The notes: generated by a model from the sequence alone, not told the origin. DNA of 64,000 nucleotides from Methanobacteriota archaeon (GCA_020696385.1 JAEHCQ010000006.1:96001-160000), one strand, 5' to 3'; shown: positions 9,149 through 18,674, counted from the stretch's first letter. Made by a program: numbers and translations.

Positions 9149-10693
9149 ATGTTGTGGTTACTAGCGATACTGCCAATGATAGTCGTCCTGATAGGTATAC
9201 TGTACTTTAAGAAGTCCGGCTCTACGATGGCTATAGTCGGCTGGCTAGTTACACTGGCTCTCGCGGTATCTGTGTTTAAAACAGATATCGGTGTTGCTCT
9301 TGGAGCTACAGCATACGGACTTTTGAAGTCATTTGGAATCACTATAGCGGTGGTCGCCACAATGCTGATGGTCTTCCTCATGAAGGAGATCGGAGCACTT
9401 GACACCATATCCGAGGCCATAAAACGTGTTGCTTCCACTATAGAACAACAGGCGATCTTCATCGGTATTGGCTTTGGAAGTTTCGTGACATCACTGGGTA
9501 TCGTCACACCATCGCTTTTCCCACCACTTCTGATGGCCATGGGATTTTCACCATTTGCAGCAGTTTCAGTATCTGTTCTGGGATACAATGCCACAACGAG
9601 TTTCGCTCTGCTGGCCATTCCGATCACTTTGCCTGCTGACATATTTGGTTTTGATGCAACAATTCTCACATACAAGATATCCTTATTCCTGCCTGTTGTA
9701 TCTGTGTTGATATCTTTCGCCATGCTCTGGGTCATCGGAGGAAAGGAATCCATCAAGAAGGGATTCATGGATGCATTGGTAGCAGGTCTGGTAATTGGTG
9801 TCAGCTGTCTTGTCTTCTCCATAATCGGTGTCCCGGTCATGATAATCGGTGTACTCGCTGGTATGATGACCATGATCGTGCTCTATGCCTATAGTAAAAT
9901 GACTGGCAAGCTCCCCACATTCGAGGAGAAGCTGGACATGAAGAAATTATTCACGGCAATGTCTCCCTGGATCATCCTGATCGTACTTGCCCTGGTTGTC
10001 AGCATACCCGCACTTACCACTGCATTGAAGGATATCGATGGTTCATTGTTCAGCATATACGGAAAAGGACTGGATTTCGATGTACTGGCTCAAACCTACA
10101 CTTTGATATTCATATCACTGGCCGCTTCAATTTATTTCCTTAAACCAACAAAGGAGCAATTCACATCAGTTTACAATGTCTGGATAAAGAGAATATGGGG
10201 GCCAGTTATCGCCTATTCATTGTTCTTTTCAATTGCCTACATAATGGCCTGGAGTGCCATGGTATATGTTGGCGGCTCTCTTGTACCTGGTGCGAATTAT
10301 GCAGAATTCAATATGAACAATGTTATTGGAAGTGCTCTTTCTGGCTCATTCGGTAACAACTTCGCTTATGTAGCTGCCTGGCTCGGTCTTTTCGGAGCCA
10401 TGGTGGGTGGATCTGAGACCGGTTCCAATGTTCTGTTCTACAAGATACAGGAGAGGGTTGCAACAGATATCGGAGCATCTGACGCTCAGTTCATGACCAT
10501 GTACGGATCACATGCAAATGCTGGTGGTGTGGCAAGTGCCATTACACCTTCCAAGATTAACAATGCGGTTGCGACTATCAAGGGAGATGCGGAACTGGAA
10601 AGTGCTGTTCTGCAGAAGCATCTGGTGCTTGTTGTTCTGATCACCATCGTTATCAGCTTCATGACGGCTGCTTTCTTTGCATGGAACATATAA
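9149..10693 (+). CDS. lctP: L-lactate permease-family transporter
   Basis: Many TM segments, MGFSPFAA, GGSETGSNVLF and NAGGVASAITPSKI resemble LctP signatures. Start uncertain (9101/9137/9149). Confidence 0.8.
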   Translation: MLWLLAILPMIVVLIGILYFKKSGSTMAIVGWLVTLALAVSVFKTDIGVALGATAYGLLKSFGITIAVVATMLMVFLMKEIGALDTISEAIKRVASTIEQQAIFIGIGFGSFVTSLGIVTPSLFPPLLMAMGFSPFAAVSVSVLGYNATTSFALLAIPITLPADIFGFDATILTYKISLFLPVVSVLISFAMLWVIGGKESIKKGFMDALVAGLVIGVSCLVFSIIGVPVMIIGVLAGMMTMIVLYAYSKMTGKLPTFEEKLDMKKLFTAMSPWIILIVLALVVSIPALTTALKDIDGSLFSIYGKGLDFDVLAQTYTLIFISLAASIYFLKPTKEQFTSVYNVWIKRIWGPVIAYSLFFSIAYIMAWSAMVYVGGSLVPGANYAEFNMNNVIGSALSGSFGNNFAYVAAWLGLFGAMVGGSETGSNVLFYKIQERVATDIGASDAQFMTMYGSHANAGGVASAITPSKINNAVATIKGDAELESAVLQKHLVLVVLITIVISFMTAAFFAWNI

Positions 10694-10775
10694 AGAGTTC
10701 ATGGAGTTCGTGAGATTCATCATGGGTTCGTGGAGTTAACTCTATAAACTCCACAACCCCCATGCTCTATAACTC
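10694..10775. repeat. Imperfect palindrome built from GAGTTCRTG units (REP-like or bidirectional terminator)
   Basis: CATGGGTTCGTGGAGTT (10721-10737) pairs with AACTCCACAACCCCATG (10747-10763). Lies between convergent genes. Confidence 0.6.
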
Positions 10776-10793
10776 CCAGCTGATGTAACTTGC

Positions 10794-11330
10794 CTATTTC
10801 TTGGCCCAGTATTTGAATAACATATAGAACATGATGATCCCAAGTGGCACATAGAATACCAGCTGTGTCCAGATAGTATCACCGAAGATAAGTAGATTGA
10901 TGTTTTGATTTGTGTAATATGGAAATAATATTGGATTGTATACATGCGTGAAAACATCCAGGGTGACATGACTGACCGTTCCTATCAATGCGGAAACAAC
11001 CGCCCAGCCGAGATCTCTGGGCGGTCTCGCTATGTCCACCCCTGCAAAGATGTGCCAGTCCTCTCCCTTTCTGCTTCTCAACCATCTTCCCAATGGCGGC
11101 ACCAATAGATATGCCACAACGAGAGTGATCATCACGTCTATCGTGAAAGCACCAAGGTATGAATGCATCAGGCCCCTTGCATATTCGCGCTCGCCAGTAA
11201 AGGGAGAAAGAAGCAGAACTTCAATATCTGGGATCGCCGAGCCAAGACTGATGCAGACAAAATGCAATTTCCTTTTACCCTTCAGCCATAATGGCCATAC
11301 TGACGCTAGGTGAAATGGGGTTAGAGGCAT
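10794..11330 (-). CDS. DUF4184 / YdjM-like membrane-bound metal-dependent hydrolase
   Basis: MPLTPFH, GSAIPD, MHS and SHVTLDVFTH motifs. Confidence 0.8.
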   Translation of the reverse strand: MPLTPFHLASVWPLWLKGKRKLHFVCISLGSAIPDIEVLLLSPFTGEREYARGLMHSYLGAFTIDVMITLVVAYLLVPPLGRWLRSRKGEDWHIFAGVDIARPPRDLGWAVVSALIGTVSHVTLDVFTHVYNPILFPYYTNQNINLLIFGDTIWTQLVFYVPLGIIMFYMLFKYWAKK

Positions 11331-11390
11331 TAGTAATGATATGAACTTGATATGATATTAATTTATGTTATATGACATAAAATTATCTTA

Positions 11391-12128
11391 TCATTCTATA
11401 TTCAATACAGCTCCATCCAGCTTCGTGGTCTTGCTTCCATCTTCTACATTCACTTCGGTAATTGTGAGCTTGCCATCATCTATATCGATGATATTGAAAG
11501 AGGGATAAGACCTCCCCTTCAGTCTGCGGGAGGTCGATGTGCCAGATGTTATGAAATACGTATCCTGCAATTTCCACATCCATGTCTTGTGCCTGTGTCC
11601 GGATAGCACAAGATGTACCCCAGTTTCTGCAATTATCTTCAGAACATCACCAGCATCAACTGGTATCTGCCTTTCACGACCAGTTCCCGGTATTGGTATC
11701 AGGTGATGGTGAAGCATTATGATCTTCACCTTTCCCTTCACACTCATGCTTTCCTTTATTTTTTCATAATGGTCTCTGCCAATGCCGCCCTCGTCTAGAT
11801 CTGGCTCGCTAGAATCCAACCCCTGTATCTTGACAATATCATTCTCCCATGTGGGAAATCTTGGCCCGACCAGCTCTTCAAAAAGTTCCCAGCCGTCATT
11901 TCTGGCATCATGATTTCCAGGAACGATAATGCAATTATCAACCTCTAACTGGCTAAAGTAATTCTGCCACATCCTGTATTCATGGATGTGCCCCTCGTTT
12001 GTAAGATCTCCTGTTATCAGAAGGAGATCTGGCTTCGTTGTGTTAATGTGATCTCTGACCTTCTTTCCCCATTCTGGATTATAATTCGGACTTGATACAT
12101 GCAGGTCCGATATATGTATTATTTTCAT
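11391..12128 (-). CDS. Calcineurin-like metallophosphoesterase (CpdA/Icc-like)
   Basis: SDLH, TGDLT, PGNHD, LHHH and SGHRH motifs all intact. Confidence 0.92.
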   Translation of the reverse strand: MKIIHISDLHVSSPNYNPEWGKKVRDHINTTKPDLLLITGDLTNEGHIHEYRMWQNYFSQLEVDNCIIVPGNHDARNDGWELFEELVGPRFPTWENDIVKIQGLDSSEPDLDEGGIGRDHYEKIKESMSVKGKVKIIMLHHHLIPIPGTGRERQIPVDAGDVLKIIAETGVHLVLSGHRHKTWMWKLQDTYFITSGTSTSRRLKGRSYPSFNIIDIDDGKLTITEVNVEDGSKTTKLDGAVLNIE

Positions 12129-12290
12129 GTTATTTTCTCCTTATGTTTATTTATCTTATTCGTCTATCCTTATGTTGTCATACATCATAAAATACTGTTC
12201 TCTATAGGCTATATATATTATTGAGAGTAAGTATAGATACGATGGTTTTCTACAAGCTAATGTGACAAGAAAGAGCAAGAGAGGAAACCA

Positions 12291-14282
12291 ATGACCCTGT
12301 CGGAAAAGATATCCGATTTCATATCACGAAAGAAGGTGATCAAGGGTTGGTATGCCTTAGTGATAATCTTTTTCATAATGCTGGTCATAGTTCCCACACT
12401 TTTCGTGCTCACTTATGCTTTCACTGGCTGGGATGAGATCCAGGAAACTGTGATGAAAGCACCTCCCGAGATACAGTATACACCGACCCATTTGCCAGTC
12501 TACAATATTAGATTCACTTCTCAAGACATAATAGATGTGACAGAATCTTATTCCTTAGAGGTCGAATATGACACGGATAGAGATACCACTCTCAATCATA
12601 CTGTTTATCTATTGGATGATGGGGAAAAGGTGATCGAGTTCCAGGAAGAGTTCATTGTGAATGGAACTGGCAGTATTTGGTTCAATGCCAGTGCCAATGA
12701 CACATACAATTATTTCCATCATGTGGGTGACGGATACCAGACGATAAGAGCGGACAATGGCACGGGATTGATAGAGGAATGGGAGAATGAAGTAACCTTA
12801 CGCTCCGGCGACAGACTTCCCTGGGACATGGTGAAAGATGCCCTGATAGTATCTTTCACGATCGCTACCATTGTCACGATCATTGATTTCACGGCAGGTC
12901 TTCCAATGGCCTGGCTGATGGTTCGGAAAGATTTCAGAGGAAAGAAGTACATTGATACTCTGATCGATATGCCACTGGCAATACCCACAGCGGCACTTGG
13001 TTTCTCGACTGCTATGTTCTGGGCTGTCACACCTGGCCTAAACCCATACGGCTCGCTGAGCCTCACATCATCGCCTTTTATCCTTGTGATATTGCTTCAC
13101 ATCGTATTTTCATATCCTTACATGGTGCGTTCATTATCTGCCATACTTCATGAGATCGATATAAATTATGAGGTTGCGGCTTCCACATTGGGAGCACCTC
13201 CATTGACAGTTGCCAGAACTATCACCCTGCCTCTTTTCAGAGCTGGACTCGTGACCGGTATCATCCTCTGTTTTGCCAGAAGTCTGAGCGAAACAGGTGG
13301 AACAATGGCCGCACTCGCCATGATGTCACCCGCAATGGGGGAACTGGCATACCCCATGAAAACCGGGCCAACCCTTATCGGAGCCTGGAAGCATGCGGGA
13401 GGATTTGAACCACATCTGGCCTTCACTGCCATGATTCTGGTCATTATCACTCTTATATTGCTGGTCATCATTAAGATAGTGATAATGAAGTTCAAGATGC
13501 CCCTCAGAAAGGTATTCCCAGGACCCGAGAGGCTTCTCAGCAAAGGTGTCTTTCCAAAGATGAAAGATGCTCTATCTTTCATATTCATGTTCCTGGTATT
13601 GCTCATACCTTCCTTCTTCATATTCAGTTTTGTTCTGACGGGGGAGCCATCCCCGGTCGATTGGGGTGGCTTCTGGGGCGCCATGAGATTTTCCTTCCTG
13701 GTGGCCGGGGTCATTACAGTTATAAATCTGATATTCGGAGTGCCACTGGCTATCTACATAGTTAGGGGAACCAATAAGATAATGACAAATATCCTGGATG
13801 TGCTGGTAAATGTCCCGCTTATTGTCCCGACCTCCGCCCTGGGTATATCTCTGGGAATGTTCTGGGGTTCGATGGATCTGGGAATGACCACACTTCTGGT
13901 CATATCCGCTCATCTGGCCTTCACATTTCCACTAGTCGTTAGAAATGTGGCAGGCGCGATGGAGGAACTGGATCCCACATACGAGGAAACAGCCAGAACA
14001 TTGGGAGCAAAACCAATGTTCGTCTTCAGAAAGATCGTGTTCCCATCCATCAAGTTCTCTGTGTTAGCAGGAGCGATAATGGCCTTCACAAGAAGTCTTG
14101 GAGAGACCGGTGCAACTCTGGCGGTTGTCAAGGAAGCCAATACTGTGCCAGTCTATATTGTCGGACTGGTCAAGGCCGGCAATTATTATCCCGCGGCTCT
14201 GGCATGTATCGCTCTGATATTCATTTCATTCATAACCATGATGGCCATGCGCTATATGACGAAAAAAGCAGGTGATAATTGA
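12291..14282 (+). CDS. ABC transporter permease with two fused TM domains (CysT/W-ModB-FbpB class) and an extracellular insertion
   Basis: Two EAA-type loops (YEVAASTLGA, YEETARTLGA), two P(L/I)xxPT segments and two RSL(S/G)ETG motifs. Confidence 0.9.
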   Translation: MTLSEKISDFISRKKVIKGWYALVIIFFIMLVIVPTLFVLTYAFTGWDEIQETVMKAPPEIQYTPTHLPVYNIRFTSQDIIDVTESYSLEVEYDTDRDTTLNHTVYLLDDGEKVIEFQEEFIVNGTGSIWFNASANDTYNYFHHVGDGYQTIRADNGTGLIEEWENEVTLRSGDRLPWDMVKDALIVSFTIATIVTIIDFTAGLPMAWLMVRKDFRGKKYIDTLIDMPLAIPTAALGFSTAMFWAVTPGLNPYGSLSLTSSPFILVILLHIVFSYPYMVRSLSAILHEIDINYEVAASTLGAPPLTVARTITLPLFRAGLVTGIILCFARSLSETGGTMAALAMMSPAMGELAYPMKTGPTLIGAWKHAGGFEPHLAFTAMILVIITLILLVIIKIVIMKFKMPLRKVFPGPERLLSKGVFPKMKDALSFIFMFLVLLIPSFFIFSFVLTGEPSPVDWGGFWGAMRFSFLVAGVITVINLIFGVPLAIYIVRGTNKIMTNILDVLVNVPLIVPTSALGISLGMFWGSMDLGMTTLLVISAHLAFTFPLVVRNVAGAMEELDPTYEETARTLGAKPMFVFRKIVFPSIKFSVLAGAIMAFTRSLGETGATLAVVKEANTVPVYIVGLVKAGNYYPAALACIALIFISFITMMAMRYMTKKAGDN

Positions 14283-14323
14283 TGAAACGATCTCGCATTT
14301 TCCAGAAGGCAGGTGATAATTAA
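14282..14323 (+). CDS. 13-codon mini-ORF MKRSRIFQKAGDN
   Basis: Has its own SD (GCAGGTGA). ATG overlaps the permease stop (TGATG) and its TAA overlaps the next ATG (TAATG). Confidence 0.4.
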   Translation: MKRSRIFQKAGDN

Positions 14324-15432
14324 TGCCTGAAATACACATCAAGAATCTGAAAAAGGCCTTCGGAGATCTGGTGGCCATCGATGATCTTACCATCGATGTC
14401 AAGGATGGCGAATACCTTACCATACTTGGCCCCACAGGTGCTGGAAAGACCACACTTCTCAGACTTATTGCTGGACTGACCGATCAGACATCTGGTAGCA
14501 TATTTATTGATGGAAAATGCGTTGATGATCTTCCCCCAGAGAGGCGGAAGGTCGCTTTCCTCAGTCAAACCTATTCATTATTCCCACACATGGATGTCTG
14601 GGAAAATACCACTTTCGGCCCCATAGCCAGAGGCTGGAACCCCGAGCAGGTGGAGATAATTGGCCGTGAGATGCTGGAGATGGTTCACCTATACGATAGA
14701 AAGGATGCCTACCCGAGTGAACTGAGTGGTGGGATGCAGCAGAGAAATGCTCTGGCACGTGCTCTTTCTGCGGATGCCAAGATACTGCTCCTTGATGAGC
14801 CCCTCAGGGCTCTAGATGCTCGCCTTAGGCTTGATCTGAGGTATGAGCTGAAGCAATTGTCAAAGGACATGGGCATGACCACCATCCATGTCACCCATGA
14901 TCAGGAAGAGGCTCTGACCATATCCGACAGAATACTTGTGCTTCGTGATGGGAAGGTGATACAATCTGGCACACCAAAGGAGATATTCAATAAGCCAGCT
15001 ATTCCATTCATACATCACTTTGTTGGTGAGGCGAATTTCATAAGTGGCAAGCTGTTAGAAGTGGGTGATGAATACTCGATCATTGTGGATGATGATGGTC
15101 ATAAATATAGGACCCAGAAAACAGATATCAAACCAGGATCGCGTGTGGTGACCGGCATCAAGACCGAATTCACACTTATGACCAAGGATATATGGGAAAG
15201 TGAGGACATAAACAATTTTACTGGCAGTATTGAGAGAATACTTTTCCTTGGTAGATTCTCTGATTTCGAGATCAAATTGGACAATGGAGAGATCGTGCAT
15301 GCCAGGCTTCCAGGATATCAGGCCAATAAGTTCGAGGATGGCGATAAGGTCAATATTCATTATTCACCACAGAGATTACTGGTATTTCCCGAACCAGAAG
15401 GCGGGATAAAGAAAGCACTGGAGATGGTTTGA
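14323..15432 (+). CDS. ABC ATP-binding subunit (PotA/CysA/MalK-like, C-terminal TOBE)
   Basis: GPTGAGKT, LSGGMQQR, LLLDEP, HVTHDQEEA. Confidence 0.95.
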   Translation: MPEIHIKNLKKAFGDLVAIDDLTIDVKDGEYLTILGPTGAGKTTLLRLIAGLTDQTSGSIFIDGKCVDDLPPERRKVAFLSQTYSLFPHMDVWENTTFGPIARGWNPEQVEIIGREMLEMVHLYDRKDAYPSELSGGMQQRNALARALSADAKILLLDEPLRALDARLRLDLRYELKQLSKDMGMTTIHVTHDQEEALTISDRILVLRDGKVIQSGTPKEIFNKPAIPFIHHFVGEANFISGKLLEVGDEYSIIVDDDGHKYRTQKTDIKPGSRVVTGIKTEFTLMTKDIWESEDINNFTGSIERILFLGRFSDFEIKLDNGEIVHARLPGYQANKFEDGDKVNIHYSPQRLLVFPEPEGGIKKALEMV

Positions 15433-16535
15433 TGCCTGAGATCGAAATGAAAGGCATAACAAAGCGTTTTGGCAAAGTTACCGCCGCCGCCAATATCAAT
15501 CTCAAAATTAAGGAAGGCGAGTACGTGACAGTGCTTGGACCATCCGGATGTGGCAAGACCACTCTCGTCAAGATATTATCCGGAATATGGGAACCTACGG
15601 AGGGCGATTGCTTCATTGATGGCAAGAAAGTAACTGGCATACCCACTTTCGAGCGTGATCTCGGATATATATTCCAGAATATCGCTCTATTCCCACACAT
15701 GACCGTTTGGCAGAACACATCCTATGCTCCAATTGTAAAGGATCGAGACCCAGAGGTCATAGAGAAGTCCACTACCGAGAACCTGGAATTGGTGAATCTG
15801 CTTCAGAGAAAGGGATTCAAACCCTTCGAGCTCAGTGGTGGTGAACAACAGAAGGCAGGTATTGCCAGAGCCCTATGCTCGGGTTCCAAGCTTCTCATAC
15901 TTGATGAACCACTTTCTGCACTGGATGCTCGTGTGCGCCTGGATCTTAGATATGTGATCAAGAACCTTGTAAAAAGCAAGGGTCTAACTGCCATTCATGT
16001 TACACATGACCAGGAAGAGGCCATGTCCATATCCGACCGCATAGTTCTAATGAGAGCTGGTGGTATTGTTGAAATTGATACTCCCGAGAACCTGTACAAT
16101 AGGCCAAAGAACATCTTCACTGCCAACTTCATCGGCGAGGCCAGCTTCATAGAGGGCAGGATAATCAAGAACAATGAAGATAATTGCTGCACCATGAAGG
16201 CGAGGAATGGCTACAAGCTGAAGATCAGGAACGACAGTTGCATGATGAAGGGAGCTGGTGTGGTCATCGCAGTAAGGCCAGAAAATCTTTTCATTTCCAG
16301 AGAAAAGGAGAATAATTCCATACCTGGGGAGATCGAGGATAAGATATTCATGGGCTCTTTCATGAGGTACAGGATAATGCTGGCCACACATGATCTCGTC
16401 CAGGTGGAGATCGCAGAGGCCGTTGACAAAACCTTTAATATCGGTGATAATGTTAATGTAATATTCAAATCAGAGAAGCTTTTGGTCTACCCCAGACCAA
16501 AAGAGGGATTACAGGAGGTGCTTAGCCTTGAGTGA
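15432..16535 (+). CDS. Second ABC ATP-binding subunit (PotA/CysA/MalK-like, C-terminal TOBE)
   Basis: GPSGCGKT, LSGGEQQK, LILDEP, HVTHDQEEA. TGATG-coupled to the previous gene. Confidence 0.95.
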   Translation: MPEIEMKGITKRFGKVTAAANINLKIKEGEYVTVLGPSGCGKTTLVKILSGIWEPTEGDCFIDGKKVTGIPTFERDLGYIFQNIALFPHMTVWQNTSYAPIVKDRDPEVIEKSTTENLELVNLLQRKGFKPFELSGGEQQKAGIARALCSGSKLLILDEPLSALDARVRLDLRYVIKNLVKSKGLTAIHVTHDQEEAMSISDRIVLMRAGGIVEIDTPENLYNRPKNIFTANFIGEASFIEGRIIKNNEDNCCTMKARNGYKLKIRNDSCMMKGAGVVIAVRPENLFISREKENNSIPGEIEDKIFMGSFMRYRIMLATHDLVQVEIAEAVDKTFNIGDNVNVIFKSEKLLVYPRPKEGLQEVLSLE

Positions 16536-17199
16536 AGAAAAATATGCCAATTGGTTTGCCAGGAGAAGGGAAGAGAACGTCATGGACGGAGTGAAGGAAC
16601 ATATCCTCAAAATTGTAGACACATGTGAGGAATTGAACACATCCATCAAGGCCATCATGAATGATGAGGAAGAAAAGGCATTACAGGCAATAGCCAGGCT
16701 TTTCCTGAATGAAAAGGCCGCGGATAATATCGAGGTCTCACTCAATGAACAGCTTTCCACTGGCAGCCTTCCATCAAAGGAAAGGGAAGACCTCATGCAC
16801 CTTGTCAAAAGAATGGATGGGATTGCTGACTGGACAAAGAGCGCGGCAAGAAATATCGAAGTTCTCATAGATGCCGAGATAGAGGTTCCTGAAAAGATCT
16901 GGAAGTATTATGGAGTACTCGCCGGACGAGTACTAGACACCTCAAAGGAAGTCAAGCTTTGTATAGACTTTCTCGGCGAGGATGATGACCAGTTCAAGGT
17001 TCACAAGGGCAATGTAGAGAGGATAGAACATGAAATTGACGATCTCTATTTTAAGATCAAAAAGAAGGTCATGCTGTCCGATATAGACCCCAGGGTCATC
17101 TTCATACTCAGGGATATAGTTCATGCCCTAGAGAACGCGGCAGACAGCTGTAAAGCATCAGCAGACCTGATGCAGATCATCATGGTCGCGCATAAATGA
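16528..17199 (+). CDS. DUF47 / PhoU-like phosphate transport regulator
   Basis: EKAADNI, REDLMHLVKRMDGIAD, IEHEIDDL and LENAADSC, the paired E..AD / D..AD motifs of DUF47. Confidence 0.88.
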   Translation: MSEEKYANWFARRREENVMDGVKEHILKIVDTCEELNTSIKAIMNDEEEKALQAIARLFLNEKAADNIEVSLNEQLSTGSLPSKEREDLMHLVKRMDGIADWTKSAARNIEVLIDAEIEVPEKIWKYYGVLAGRVLDTSKEVKLCIDFLGEDDDQFKVHKGNVERIEHEIDDLYFKIKKKVMLSDIDPRVIFILRDIVHALENAADSCKASADLMQIIMVAHK

Positions 17200-17209
17200 G
17201 CGCAAAATG

Positions 17210-17236
17210 ACAGGCAGGTCTTGAAAACCTGCCTGT
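17210..17236 (+). terminator. Hairpin after the ABC-DUF47 operon
   Basis: ACAGGCAGGT-CTTGAAA-ACCTGCCTGT, a perfect 10-bp stem 10 nt after the stop. Confidence 0.65.
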
Positions 17237-17405
17237 ATATTTACCTCTGGCCATCTCTATCTATTTTGCCCATCCATATATAAATATCTCTATTGTCAGA
17301 TCTGGCCAGTATCTCATATGATTGTGTGATTATATATCTATATTCAAATCTCTATATACCTATAGAAAACATTATACCGTATAATCAAATTCATGCCTGA
17401 TACAC

Positions 17406-18413
17406 ATGGAAACTCGTAAAGTACAGGTAACAGGCGGCTCGTCCTTCGTCTTAACATTGCCCAAGGAATGGATAAATTCTGCAAATATAAAGAAAAATGA
17501 TCCACTTGGCGTGATCATCCAGACAGATGGAACTCTCCTGATAACAACACAAGAAACTGGAGAGAAGGCCAGTCTCACAAAGAACTTTCATGTAGATGAT
17601 ATTAAGAATTCATCTCATCTATTTCGACTACTTATTGGAGCCTACATCATGGGTTACACCAACATCGTGGTGTCATCAAAAAGCAATATCGATGGCATGG
17701 TGAGGGACACTGTGACCGAATTTACTCAGATCGCAGTCGGGCCAGAGATAATCGAAGAGGATGCGCATTCCATCACGGTAACTGATTTTCTCAGCCCTAC
17801 GGAGATGCCCTTTAACAAGACCATTCGCAGGATGCATCTATTGGTTCAGACAATGCACAAGGATGCTATGAGAGCCCTGCTGGAGCAGGATCTCACGATC
17901 GCGGAGAATGTCATCAAGAGGGATCAAGATGTAGACCGCCTTGAATGGCTGGTGGCCAGGCAGTCCAATATCGTGATAAGGAATATCAGTATCGCGAAGA
18001 AAATAGGTGTCATGCCGGAAGAGGCCAGCAATTATTATCTTATAAGCCGGGCGATAGAAAGAATTGGGGACCATGCTGTCAAGATCGCGGAGAACATTGA
18101 ACCTCTCACAGATAAGAAGGTCGATCAAAAGCTCATAGCCAAGATAAGCCAGGCCGCGGAGATGGCCCTGGACATATTCAATGGATCAATCAAGGCCTGG
18201 ATCAATAGGGATCTTGACCTGGCTAACAAGAATATAGATGAGAAGAAACATCTGGTCGAGCTGTGTGAGAATATCACCGACCATCCGATAAAGAGCAAAG
18301 GCAGGACATACATCGCGGTAAGCTACATTGCGGAGTCCATCAGAAGGACTGGTGAGTATTCTGGTGGTATATCGGAGATCGTGATAAACAATCTGATAAA
18401 GGATTCGGATTGA
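17406..18413 (+). CDS. phoU: Archaeal phosphate uptake regulator (AbrB-PhoU-PhoU)
   Basis: METRKVQVTGGSSFVLTLPKEW (AbrB/SpoVT domain), RDQDVDRL, IERIGDHA and SIRRTGEY. Confidence 0.92.
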   Translation: METRKVQVTGGSSFVLTLPKEWINSANIKKNDPLGVIIQTDGTLLITTQETGEKASLTKNFHVDDIKNSSHLFRLLIGAYIMGYTNIVVSSKSNIDGMVRDTVTEFTQIAVGPEIIEEDAHSITVTDFLSPTEMPFNKTIRRMHLLVQTMHKDAMRALLEQDLTIAENVIKRDQDVDRLEWLVARQSNIVIRNISIAKKIGVMPEEASNYYLISRAIERIGDHAVKIAENIEPLTDKKVDQKLIAKISQAAEMALDIFNGSIKAWINRDLDLANKNIDEKKHLVELCENITDHPIKSKGRTYIAVSYIAESIRRTGEYSGGISEIVINNLIKDSD

Positions 18414-18451
18414 TTCTGATAGGTTCATATTTATTCGAATGCATTCAGAAT

Positions 18452-18606
18452 AGAGCAGAATACATCAATGTATATGCAGGATGTATTCGAACATGCCCCG
18501 TCTGATTGACCCGATAGCACAAAGGAGGGCGGGGTACTGGATTCGATGAATATTCAAGTGACAGTTCTCTATTCGAAACCCCGTCAGAATGGCGGGGAGG
18601 TCAATC
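18452..18606 (+). repeat. Structured intergenic element, family AB, copy A (IS200/IS605 right-end or omegaRNA-like)
   Basis: Shares CGAACATGCCCCGTC, CGGGGTACT, AGTGACAG, AAACCCCGYCA and GAGGTC in order with the reverse complement of 46981-47152. Ends in GAAACCCCGTCA..TGGCGGGGAGGTCAA. Confidence 0.7.
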
Positions 18607-18674
18607 TCTCTAAAACCCTAAACACCCTCAAAGATAGAAATTTACAACATTTACAACATTAAAATAGAAAAGGG

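Noticed and set aside
9025-9873. 282-aa antisense ORF
   Set aside because: Shadow of the hydrophobic lactate permease gene with no recognisable motifs.
18641-18660. Short tandem repeat TTTACAACA x2
   Set aside because: Only two units with no spacers. Not a CRISPR array, and none was seen elsewhere in the window.
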